A stretch of 64,000 bases of DNA. Origin: Mytilus californianus. Its lineage: Eukaryota. Below are positions 48,381 to 60,322 of the stretch, piece after piece (the stretch's first letter is position 1; each line of letters starts with the position of its first letter). The position numbers and the translations under genes were made by a program. Where the stretch lies: NCBI RefSeq assembly GCF_021869535.1, contig NW_026262604.1, forward strand, positions 21,390,001-21,454,000, given 5' to 3'. The notes below the pieces were generated by a model. That model worked only from the letters and a program-made list of their open reading frames with translations, searched no databases and had not been told where the DNA came from.

Positions 48381-51300
48381 CTCTTACCTAATATACATTC
48401 ACACCTTTTATCACTTTTAATGAATAGGAATAATTTTGCAGATGAACTTTTGTGTTGACATGGAGACCTACACAAGTGCGCCCTGTGGTACAATTTCAAG
48501 AAAAGTTTGTCGGTTTCGGACCCAGAGTCAATGTTCATGCTTCGAGCATACAAGAATCATCCATGTTCATGGGAGATAATGATCGACACCGTGAAAGAAA
48601 ACTTCCACACTTTAATGATTCCTACGATCTCTAGAAAAAGTACACAAAAGAAAGAACACGGTTGTCATTTTTTTGTAATTTGAAAACAAAGATAGTTAAT
48701 TTCCAAATATTTGAATACACCTATCCTTAAATTTCAGCAGAGTCTGATGAGTAGTTCAAATTATATATTCGACATAAAGATGTTCATTGATAAAGGTGTT
48801 GTATTTTTCGATTAATTTTTCTTTATTTTTCATTGATACCAAAACGTAGAAAAAAATTCTTGGCCAATTCAGAAAAAATAGATAAATATAAAAACGGCAA
48901 ATGAAATGCCATGAATGATAAATAATTCTTTAACTCCTGCCCGTTGTTTCCACTCATTCCCTTTAAACAAACAAAAATTGAAAATGTATGTCTAAGCATA
49001 AACATAAAATACTGTTAACATGTTTCTTAGTTGATTGCCAATTTCTTAACTCTTAATCTTGCTGAAATTATTTTTTTATTGTCCCAACCACTCACTGCAA
49101 CAACAATTGCGAAAATTTGTTTGTATGTGTCATGTTAAGTCAATTAAATGATTTCTGTACATTCTATTAAACTCCGTACATTCACAGCATGTTCAACCTG
49201 GAAAACACTATACACAATGATTAATGTTTACACATTATTACATATATTTCTTAAAACCCCCTTATTTTCAACTATGAAAAAACATCATAGGAGTTAGTTA
49301 GCCTTTGATATTTTTAAACGACGGCTTATATTTACATTTTGAGACGATCCATGACTTAAATGGTACCTGTAAGTGTAATTGTAATTTTTATCGTAGGTGT
49401 ATGAGTTTCCGCAAATGTCTAATACTATAAGGCAATGGAATAAAACAGATAGCGTAATTAGAAATGTAGATTCCATCACCAAATTTAAGTATTCCTAACA
49501 AAAGAAAATGTTCAACACTAAATTATGACTTTTTTTGGATTAGAGGCAGATTTTATTTTTGCTTCAAATTCCGCTTTATGCAAAAATCAAAATTCACTTT
49601 TTAGACAAACAGAAAATTTAACTCCTAGTCAAAATACATCCTTAATTTAAGAAGTTTTTGCATTTTATTCTGACAAATGAACGTTTTGACCTTGAGACAG
49701 ATTTTTTTTTTAACTGTTATAGTTTAGTTTGTCGATGAATAAGCTTTTTGACGTAGGACTGTTGTTTATTTATTTGAGAAATTGTGAACTTTCTTTTTTC
49801 TATAACTATTGTACGAATCCATAATTGTCTAATGCTGTTATTGCGTGTCTTTAAATTTATATATTATAACTTATTATATTTAGGAGAGGACTATCTAAGT
49901 TGTGATAACTTGTATCTGATCCTTTTTGTTATATGTTATAACAAATAAAATGTCTTTAAATGAATAACACGTTTATCGATTATTTTCAGACAATGTACAT
50001 ATTTCAGCAATAGTTTGTAACACAGATTTGTATTTTGAACTTTGAGCAGACATTTTATTGTAGGATTTCACAGATATTTACGGAGCTCGACAGCAATTTC
50101 TATATCATTTGTTTCGCATGTGGTTTCGTATGTTAGTCAAATGTCTAATTGGTTTATATATTAGAAGCATATACACATATACAATTCAAAACAAACTAGG
50201 TGCATTGTGTGAACCTTACACGTGGTGTTGATGTAACAAGTATACTAGTATTCTGCTATGCATACACCAGCCAGCTGTCGCATTGAAAATAAACCACAAA
50301 TGTAAAAAAAACTGTTTTCCTTTTTGCAGGATTTAGATGCAGCTGTTAAAGCAACAGTAGTAGAATAATAATGAAATCTTATGTTGCTTTTGGAAAAGAC
50401 AAGTGATATGCAAACTAGGACGAAGGAAGAACTTCAGTGAGATTGGATAACTATCTTTTAAAATAAACGTTTAATACAAAGAATTACGTTTCTAGTGATA
50501 AAACAATAATAATTTTAATCAGATATTGTTGATTTTTTTTTTAAGTTGATTTTTGATGTTTGATGACATATTATTAAGGTCTTTCCTTTTTTAATGGAAA
50601 GACCTTACTGCATTTCGTTTGTTTGTTTATCATTATTAAGGTCTTTCCTTTGTCAATGGAAAGACCTTACTGCTTTTCGTTTGTTTATTATTTTTTCCTT
50701 TCTTAATGGAAAGACCTTACTGTATTTCGTTTGTTTATTAAGGTCTTTCCTTTCTTAATGAAACGACCTTACTGCATTTTGTTTGTTTATTATTATTATT
50801 ATTGTTAGGTCTTTTCATTTTTCTGTGGAAAGACCTATTGATTTTGTTCTGATTATTATTTTTTTTCTTCCTCCGCCACATTTTTGTCTTACGGAGTAAT
50901 GTGGTTTCGCACGATGTCGCTTAGATTTTTTGCATGTGATATCGAACAGTTATTGCGCTTTGGAAACTGACCCTTTTAACGGAACACTTTTTATTGTAAG
51001 AATTATCTCCCCAAACACTGTTTTTCGTGTTATTGTATCTCCTCCATAACCAAAAAAAGATAAAGACAAAATTCTTTTTCATATTTGTTTGTTACATCCT
51101 CAGGCATTTTTGGCTGATTTGGATCGAATCGATTCGTTGAAGTCTTATTAGAGTTATCTACCTTTACCAAAAAAAAATTGTCGTTATATTTTTGTAACTC
51201 ATAAACCGTAAGCCGTATAAACCTGGAGTCTTTTTATTTGAGGTCCTTGGATCTTAACTTAGATAATAGGTCAGGTCCTCAATTTTGTCTTTTTGCTTGT

Positions 51301-51740
51301 TTTTGCATTTGCTGTGATATTATAAATGTTATATATAAAAGAACTAGTGCAAAATGTTTGCTATATTGTGATGAAGATATAAAAAATTTGGTCAGAAAGA
51401 ATCCAGTGACATCCTATAGGAGTTCTTGCCCCTGAAATGTTTTATTTTAAGGTAAATTGATTATTACTTCAGATTGGTACATGATAAAGCCATAAGGTCT
51501 TTTACAAAATGTTAAGTGACAGATGAACTTGAAAAAATATCAACCGGAAGTGACCTTTAATGAACTGGAAGTTGTCATGTTTGCACTTATTATATGGAAA
51601 AGTACCTAGAAACCATATATAATTTTTAAATGGGCATATATAAACTTATCATTTGAGACCGGAAGGGACATTCTATAAACAGGAAGTAGCAAATTATTTC
51701 CTTATTACAGGCAGAAGTATATACAAACTATATTTTTTTT

Positions 51741-51943
51741 GGAACCAGTATTAATAAAGCTATCATTTGAGATCGGAAGTGACATGTTCTAAACCGGAGG
51801 TGACATTTTATAAACCGAAAGTAGCCAAGTATCTCCCTTTTTAAAGATAACTGGCTACTTTCGGTTTATAAAATGTCACCTCCGGTTTAGTTTTGAAAAT
51901 ATCACTTCCGATCTCAAATGATAGCTTTATGAATACTGGTTCC
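51741..51943. repeat. Local inverted duplication, ~95-100-bp arms, 10-bp spacer
   Basis: 51741-51834 is the near-exact reverse complement of 51845-51943. Spacer CCCTTTTTAA. Confidence 0.9.
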
Positions 51944-51983
51944 AAAAAAAAAAAAAAAAAAAAAAAATTTCCCTTTTTAGAGG

Positions 51984-52047
51984 ACTCGCCCCGATATAGC
52001 CTTTTTGTGCTAATTCGGCGTAGTGCAAACAACAATCAATCGATCAA
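51984..52047 (+). mobile_element. 64-bp 5'-truncated LINE 3' end with 13-bp target-site duplication
   Basis: Insert CTCGCCCCGATATAGCCTTTTTGTGCTAATTCGGCGTAGTGCAAACAACAATCAATC matches 42128-42190. Flanked by CCCTTTTTAGAGG at 51971-51983 and 52048-52060. Confidence 0.9.
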
Positions 52048-52345
52048 CCCTTTTTAGAGGCATAAGTATATAAAATTCTTTCATGAAAACCCATATATTT
52101 GTGGAATTATTGTAAAAACAGCTATCATTTGAGACCGAAAATCACAATTTCTTAACTGGATATCGGCAATTATCTCCCTTATTTCAGGCAAAAGTATATA
52201 TAAACCATATGATTTTTGAATCATTATGAAGAAACCTATTATTGGACGCTAAAAGTAACTTTACGTAAACCAGAAGAAGCTTCTTATCAATTTTTTAGAA
52301 AATTGAAGTGGAAAGACCTTCAATTGTTCTCTGAACAATTGGTTT

Positions 52346-53547
52346 TTTAATTATTATTATTCTTCTTTTTCTTTCAAAGTCAAAAGTCAAACAAAGTACG
52401 CGACATATTGAAATGATCTTTGGTACCAGGTATCTTTCTTGTGGTAGGGCACTAAAGCGTACTATTAAACTTATAAGAGTTATCGTCCCCATTCACAAAA
52501 ACATTGTTATTGCTACTCTTCATAAACTATAAGAGTTAGCGACAAATATTTTTTTTTAAATGTTCCTTGCCACATGTTGCAACTTTGAAAAATTTTAACC
52601 GAAATGATCCATTGACTTCTTCTAGGAGTTATCTCCCCTTGAATATTTTACTTACAGGTATGCAGAGGAATCTCATAAACCATAAGTCGCAATGACCTAG
52701 GGTCTTTTGATATGAGATCCTTGGACCATAACTTGAAAATATAGGTCAAGGTGTCAGGTCAAGGTCATATTTTAGATTTTGACATTTCTTTGTGTTCCCT
52801 GTTATTCTCAAATGGTTATAAATAGAGACAATTTAAATAATGAAAAATGAAAAACGGGCAACTTTTTAACTTTATGACTGTATTCATTTTACCATTGTGT
52901 AAGGGGCATGATCCCCATTGACGGTTTGTTAAAAGACATTATTAGGCAAAACTCTTAAACTAAAAGTCCCAGAACCATGGGGTCTTTTGCAATGACATAA
53001 CTCACTAATGACCTTGACTAAGGTCACAAGGTCAAGGTCATGTCCTAGATAGCGAAATATATGTTTTTGACCTTTTTAAAGGAGTTTAAGTGTGTTTTAA
53101 AGCTTTTCTAATGTTGACTTTTGACCTTTCACCTTACAACTTTTTATAGGATATCTCAAAAATCATTATACTTACAGAAATTGTGAATGGTGAAAAATGT
53201 TTGGGTCATTAAAGCACACCTTGTATACATTTTTACCGTAGATATTCGACCTTGCCATAAGGTACATAGCCCCTTTTAACGGTTTATGAACAGACAAAAT
53301 TAGCTTTAACTCTTGAAACAAAGGTCCTAGACCAATATGGTCTTTGGCAGTGATATTTGGGATCAATGAACATGACAAAGATCATAAGGTCAAAAGTGAA
53401 GGTCATGTTCCAAATTGCGATTTATGTGTTTTTGACTATATTTCAAGGTTTTTAAGCGTGTTTTAGAGCTGTTCAATGCAACATACGCCTATAACAACAT
53501 TTGACATTAAAAAAAAGAAAGACCTCTCAATTGTTCATGAAGAATTG
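52346..53547 (+). mobile_element. Helentron-like non-autonomous element (GGTCAAGGTCA-rich body)
   Basis: Starts in (TTA)n. The body aligns with 53630-54190 and 55940-57655. Ends GAAAGACCTCTCAATTGTTCATGAAGAATTG. Confidence 0.75.
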
Positions 53548-53565
53548 AAATTTTAATTACTATCA

Positions 53566-54190
53566 TTATTAAGGTCTTTCCTTTCTTAATGGAAAGACCT
53601 TACTGTATTTCGTTTGTTTATTATTATTATTATTATTCTTTTTCTTCCGCCGTTTTCAAAGTCAAAAGTCAAGAAAAGTACGCAACATATCAAAATGATC
53701 TTTAGTACCAAGTATCGGGTTAATAAAAGCTATCTTGTATTAGGGGCACCAAAGTGTACTATTTACCTTATAGGAGTTATCTCCCCAATTACAAAAACCA
53801 TTGTTATCGCTACTCTTCATAAACTATAAGAGTTAGCGGCAAATGATTTTTTTTAAAATGTTCCTTGCCACATGTCGCAACTTTAAATATTTCAACAGAA
53901 GCGATCCAGTGACTTCTTATAGGAGTTATTACCCCTTGAATATTTTATTTTCAATATGCATATGAATCTCATGAACCGTAAGTTGTAAAGACCTAGGGTC
54001 TTTTGATTTGAGATCATTGGACCATAACTTGAAAATATAGGTCAAGGTCATAGGTCAAGGTAATGTAAAAAAGGCAAATTGTGTGTTTTTGGCACTTTTT
54101 AAAGAGTTTTATGTGTGGTTTAGTGCTTTTGTAGGTTGACATTGACCTTCAACCTTACTACTTGTTAAGTGATCTCTCAAAAGATAAATC
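53566..54190 (+). mobile_element. Helentron-like non-autonomous element, 5' part (head hairpin, (TTA)n, body)
   Basis: AAGGTCTTTCCTTTCTTAATGGAAAGACCTT head, (TTA)n, and a body colinear with the 52346 copy. Ends shortly before the gap. Confidence 0.75.
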
Positions 54191-54251
54191 ACATGTGTTT
54201 AGATATAGTATTTAGGCTTTCTATTCCGTCTTTGCATGATCAAAGTGGATC

Positions 54252-54405
54252 NNNNNNNNNNNNNNNNNNNNNNNNNNNNNNNNNNNNNNNNNNNNNNNNN
54301 NNNNNNNNNNNNNNNNNNNNNNNNNNNNNNNNNNNNNNNNNNNNNNNNNNNNNNNNNNNNNNNNNNNNNNNNNNNNNNNNNNNNNNNNNNNNNNNNNNNN
54401 NNNNN
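54252..54405. other. Assembly gap (154 N)
   Basis: Run of N. Confidence 1.
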
Positions 54406-54498
54406 TTCTGTCTCATGTGTTTAATATGGGGACCAAGATCTTATTTGTTTCTATTTCGATTGTTTAAAGAGAGCATATCCCACGTGTTTAATTAATTG

Positions 54499-54555
<57 letters not shown>

Positions 54556-55106
54556 CCAACCAACCAACCATTCAATCAATCATTGCATGCATACATGTTT
54601 CCGTCTCATTTGTTGTTTTTTTTTCGCTTGTTTCAAGAGACCACCATATCCCACATGTTAAATTTATAAACCAACCAACCAACCAACTAACCAACCAATC
54701 AATAAACCAACAAACCAATCAACCAACCAACCAATCAATCATTCATTCATTCATTCATTAATTCATTCATTCATTCATTCATTCATTCATTGTATGCATG
54801 TTTCCGTCTTATGTGTTTGATACGGGGTCCAAGATCTCCTTTGTTTCTTTTTCGCTTGTTTCAAGAGACCCTATCCCACATGTTTAATTAATCAACTAAT
54901 CAATCAATCAATCAATCAACCAACCAATTAACAAACAAACCAACCAACCAACCAACCAAGCAATCATTCATTCATTCATTCATTCATTGTGTGCATGTTT
55001 CCGTCTCATGTGTTTAATACGGGGTCCAAGATTTCCTTTGTTTCTTTTTTCGCTTGTTTCAAGAGACCCTATCCCACGTGTTTAATCAACCAACCAACCA
55101 ACCAAC

Positions 55107-55149
<43 letters not shown>

Positions 55150-55215
55150 CCAACCAACCAACCAATCAACCAATCAATCATTCATTGTATGCATGTTTCC
55201 GTCTCATGTGTGTAA
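54406..55215. repeat. ~200-bp tandem repeat (about 4.3 units), each with a ~95-bp core plus compound (CAAT)/(CAAC)/(CATT) microsatellite
   Basis: Core TGCATGTTTCCGTCTCATGTGTTTAATACGGGGTCCAAGAT...GAGACCCTATCCCACRTGTTTAAT at ~54406, 54585, 54790, 54987 and partly at 55185. Confidence 0.9.
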
Positions 55216-56582
55216 TATTGTATTTACATCTCTTCTGAAAAAAAAAATCCACATGCTTGTTATCAGATGTTCTGGGAAACTACATGTCCAATTGACTCTA
55301 AAAATTTGCAGTCAGCAGGGTATACATGCATTACATCTTCATAAAACAACGTGGTGCAGATATCTCTCAAGAATTCTCCTAGAGAAAAGAAATTGCAATG
55401 CCGTAAAAATCGCTTGCTAGTTCCGTAAATCTCAGTGAAATCCTACAATAAAATGTCCGCTCCTAGATTGAAATATAAATCTGTGTTACAAACTGCTGCT
55501 GAAAAATGTACATTGTATGAAAATAATCGATAAACGTGTTTTAAAGTTACACAGGATCAATTAAATCCAAAGCATGCACTGCTCGTGAACTGTGATCGAA
55601 ACGTCAATTACCTACAATGACAAAAGAAATACATTGTGTAAATTCCGTCGCTATACATGTTGTCTGTCCAACGTCTCCACCTAAAAAGAAATAAAAATAC
55701 TAAGTTTTCGCTAATATAAAGCCTCGTCACGTGACGCCACACCCTGGCGCGAGACAAAGACTCGCGCGGACCTTGAAATAGAATAAAAACTTTCCAAACT
55801 AAATATAGAAACTTAACCAACACACTAATATGGACCCCTTAAAGAAAGAAACACACACACACATATCAATCAATCATGTTTCAGAAGGGGGGAAAGACCG
55901 TTTACAATTGCTTTTTTAAAGCAATTGATTTATATTTATTATTCTTTTTCCTCTGCCAAATTTCAAAGTGAAAAATAAAAAAAAAAGTACATGACATATT
56001 GATGTGATCTTTGGTACCAAGTACCGGATTACTAAATACTTTCTTGTGGTAGAGGCAGCAAAGCGTACTGTTTACCTTATAAGAGTTATCTCCCCCATTC
56101 TCAAAAACATTGTTATTGCTACTCTTTATAAACTATAAGAGTAAGCGACAAAGGTTTTTTTTTAAATGTTCCTTGCCACATGTAACAACTTTAAATGATT
56201 TAACCGAAGCGATCCATCGACTTCTTATAGGAGTTATCTCTCTTTGAATATATTACTTATCAGTATGCTGAAGTACCTCATAAACCATAAGTTGCAATGC
56301 CCTAGGGCCTTTTGATATGAGATCCTTGGACCTTAACTTGAACGTATGTGTAAAGGTCACTGGTCAAGGTCATATTTTAGATTTTTGACATTTCTTTGTT
56401 TTCCCAATTGTTCTCAAATGGTGATAGATAGAGAAAATTTAAAAGGCGAAAAATGTTTGGGTCTACAATGGGCAACTTTGTAACTGGATGACTGTATTGA
56501 TTTTACCGTGTTGTAAGGGGCATAATCCCGATTGACGGTTTGTTAAAAGAAATAATTAGGCAAAACTCTTACACCAAAGGTC

Positions 56583-56848
56583 GGGGCCTCGGTGGCCGAG
56601 TGGTCTAAGTAGTTACTACTGTAAACACTAGCCAGTCAACACTGAGATTGTGAGTTCGATCCCCGCTTGTGCAGGTGCACTCGACTCCAATCTTAATTGA
56701 CTAAGATTGTCAGTTTTTCCTATCGAAGGTCGGTGGTTTTCTCCGGGCACTCCGGCTTCCTCCACCAATAAAAACCGGCCGCCACGGAATAGCCCAAAAG
56801 CGGTGCTTAAAAGTGGCGTTAAAACACCAAAAAATAAATAAAATAAAT
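56583..56848 (+). mobile_element. tRNA-derived SINE with 12-bp target-site duplication
   Basis: A-box TGGCCGAGTGG and B-box GTTCGATCC. Central GGTTTTCTCCGGGCACTCCGGCTTCCTCC resembles the V/Meta-type conserved SINE domains. (AAAT)n tail. TSD ACACCAAAGGTC at 56571-56582 and 56849-56860. Confidence 0.92.
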
Positions 56849-57017
56849 ACACCAAAGGTCCTAGACCCATGGGGTATTTTGTAAAGACATACGGGACTAC
56901 GGACCACTGACCTTGATAAAGGTCACAAAGTCAAAGGCCAAGGCCATGTCTTAGATAGTGAATTTTGTGTTTTTTACCTTTTTTAATAAATTTTACCGTG
57001 TTTTAAAGCTTATCACA

Positions 57018-57228
57018 AAAATACTGAACTCCGAGGAAAATTCAAACAGGAAAGTCCCTAATCAAATGGCAAAATCAAAAGCTCAAACACATCAAACGAA
57101 TAAATAACAACTGTCATATTTCCTGACTTGGTACAGGCATTTTCTTATGTAGAAAATGGTGGATTGAACTTGGTTTTATCGCTAGCTAAACCTCTCACTT
57201 GTATGACAGTCGCATCAAATGTTGACCT
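57018..57228 (-). repeat. Reverse copy of the 3845-4075 family inserted in the Helentron-like element
   Basis: Reverse-complement match to 3865-4075. It interrupts AAAGCTT..ATGTTGAC, which is contiguous in the 53100 copy. Confidence 0.85.
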
Positions 57229-60159
57229 TGAACTTTGACCTTACATTTTTTATGGGATATCTCAAAAACCATAATACTTACAGAAATTGCGAATAGTGAA
57301 AAATGTTCGGGTCATTTAGGCGAACCTTTTTTTACCTTTTGACTTAAGAGATTCGAACTCGCCATGAGGGGCATAACCCCTGTTAACGGTTTCTGACAAG
57401 ACAACATTAGCTTTAACTTATGAACCAAACGTCCTAGACCCATGTGATCTTTTGCAGCGATATTGGGGACCAATGAACTTGACAAAGGTCATAAGGTCAA
57501 AAGTCAAGGTCATGTTCCAAATAGCGATTTATGTTTTTCGACCTTATTTCAATGTTTTAAGCGTGTTGTAGAGCTTTTCAATGCATTATACGCCTATTAC
57601 AACATATATTTGACATTACGAAAAGGAAAGACCTCTCAATTGTTTACGAACAATTAAAATTATAATTTATGTCAAAATAAACGCTCGGAACAAAATCAAG
57701 ACATTAATACCAATGAAGAAACAGAAAAAAATCAATATCATACCATGAGTTAATGTTTTGCACAATTCTCATTGAAAAAGGCATTCCAACAACTTACAAA
57801 TTGACATTATCAATACAATACGGTCTTCAACAATATAAATATGTTTACGTAATATTTTAAATCTGAAACTAACCCGAGATTTTAACTTGTTTGTCATAGT
57901 TTTTGTTAACCACAGAAATGCGGAAACGACAAAATACAAAGATAGTTCAACAAACTATTGAATTTAACGTGAAAACAAATTATATCTAGGAAGAATGCTA
58001 CAAATACTATTCAACATGCTCTTCATGTTCGATTGCCACATACAATTCACTTCAATCATGTCAATAAAATCAGATTATTTGTTTTCGAAAGTTGTGCGTC
58101 AGGCTTACAGTTTTTTTTCTTCAATAATAACATGCATGTATAAATAGAACGGAAACTATAAATATAACACATTATATTAGAAGTAAACATTTTCAATAAG
58201 TGTTTTCAAGTACACCAATTTTATATCGTCGAACAGGAGAAACTAGTCAAGTTTAACCTCCATACGTCAACAGGAAGAAAAACATATTTGTATACAAGAA
58301 GAACATTTAAGATAGTATATGCACGTTTGTGAGCGCAATGTTAATACAATGGAAAAAAAGCAAATACTAGTTCCAGTATGAAGTATACATTGCAAATATG
58401 TGATATTTTTGTGTAATAATGCATCCCAGAACAGACAATTTTAGTTTAATTTTATGTTTATGCGATGTGAATCACAAACTTACAACTTTAAAACATGAAA
58501 TGAAAACAGGGGTTTCCAAAAAAATTAAAATCAATAGCTAGACAACATCATATTACCAAGCAAATCCATCAATTATTCAATTAACTAAAGTCATAGTGTT
58601 GTTATATTAAAGATGATTTGTCGCATTTGTGATTTAAAACTCTACGGATTGTAAAATGTCACAGGATATACATTGTAATACAAATTACCATACCCGATAG
58701 CTTCATTTACTTTTAAATGACTATGTATTAGTTTTTCATATGGTAACAAGCACATGCTGGAATTGTGAATTAAAACACTAAAAAAACATATGCTTATGTC
58801 TTACATTTAAAAACTCAGTTTGCGTTCCGACAGATAATCAAATATGTATCAAGAACAAAATTATGTTTGCATACTTATGCTGAAATTGTCAACGGATAGT
58901 AACATTTGCGGAGTAAGTTTCATAAAAACAATAGTTAAGATTAATGGTATTTAACTTAATTCAACAAAAATACAAACATATGTACAATATGAAAAATAAA
59001 ATAATAAATATTTCCGTTTTATGTGGATAGTACACATTGAAGTGATTCATCCTAAGAATCGGCTGATAATCTAGTGATTGCAATTCGTCTTCATCACATT
59101 ACATAACGTGTCTTGATGCTAATTAAGTATGTTCTAAGGAAATGTATTGTTACAAAAGGTAAGCATGTCCTGTGTACTATGAAATATGTAATACACATAG
59201 TGTTTACATAAAAAAATGATACACGTAATTTAAATACTGTTAATTTAAAAGATTACAACTAAGTAATATTGCCATGTATTTAACGGAAACACTGATCATT
59301 TGCGGTCACAAACAAGGAAGAATTTGATCTCTTTTGTATGAAAATAAGTGAAAGAATTTGCTTTCTTAATTGTTCATTGTCAAATGAAAATCTTCAAGTT
59401 TTGTTTTTCGCAATAACTGTTTAAAAGTTATAACATTACATAATTATAATCTTTACAAAACATTAATGTAGATAAAAAGTGATACCATCATACTTTAAAA
59501 TAAATCACAAATGTATACTTGTATGAGAATTATAGTTCAGTAAAACATAAACACAAACGCCTCTTGATATACAACGTTTTGTAATCTGTAAGAGTTAGAA
59601 GATATACATTTATAAATTCAATTGTGAGTGATAACATTTCAATGGATATGATTTAAACAAGAGTAACACGAGGAGTGTCTTTAATGGAGCAGGAACTATT
59701 GATCTCTCTTAAAACGCGAGAGTTAATCGCTGGGTTTTTTTTATTTGTTGATGTAAATGCTGTTCATTCTTTAGTTTTTTATGTAGCGGTTTGAAGACTT
59801 AAAACTCGTTTTTTTAAAGCAGAGTGCCTGTTTATTTTATACTCGGCTTATTGTTTTTCATTGTGCAATGTTAAATGAATGAAGTGTTTACTTCCTACTG
59901 AGATTCCAAATATCATTGTCATTTCCCAAACTAAAATTATGATAAAATTTCTAACACTTAATACGTTGAGTGTTAGTTTATGTACTTTATCATGACACGT
60001 TAAAACATGTAAAAAGCACTTGTTGTTTTTAGTTTTTTTTTTTTTTTTTATGTAAATGATCTTAGAAGAATCTTTACATTTTTCTACAATACATCTTTCT
60101 TTTTTCATGTAGTTGTGCAAAAATAAAGATTTATAGAATTATTGGTGTTTTGTGATTAA

Positions 60160-60322
60160 CACCACTTTCATCACTAACAGTTAGTTTTGGCATTCAGCTT
60201 TTATTGGAGAAGGGAACCAGAGTGCCCGGGAAACTATCAACCTTTGGCAGGGAAACTTTAGTCAATAATGATTGGAGCCGATCTTCCACATAGACCTACT
60301 TAGACCACTCGGCCATCTGAAA
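60160..60322 (-). mobile_element. Degenerate, internally deleted copy of the 56583 SINE
   Basis: Minus strand has TGGCCGAGTGGTCTAAGTAG and TTTCCCGGGCACTCTGGTTCCCTTCTCCAATAAAAGC. Confidence 0.7.

Larger units (their letters stand above)
50571..52345 (+). mobile_element. Helentron-like non-autonomous element with five stacked 5' heads
   Basis: Heads AAGGTCTTTCC-N9-GGAAAGACCTT followed by TTA/TTTG microsatellite, five variants in 50571-50840. The 3' end is GGAAAGACCTT then hairpin CAATTGTTC-TCT-GAACAATTG (52310-52341). Internal ACCGGAAGT-type subrepeats. Confidence 0.7.
55940..57660 (+). mobile_element. Helentron-like non-autonomous element with two nested insertions
   Basis: Colinear with 52346-53547 once 56583-56860 and 57018-57228 are removed. 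Ends GGAAAGACCTCTCAATTGTTTACGAACAATT (57625-57655). Confidence 0.75.

Noticed and set aside
56583-56665. tRNA gene
   Set aside because: A and B boxes are present, but there is no complete cloverleaf. It continues into a SINE body and tail with a TSD.
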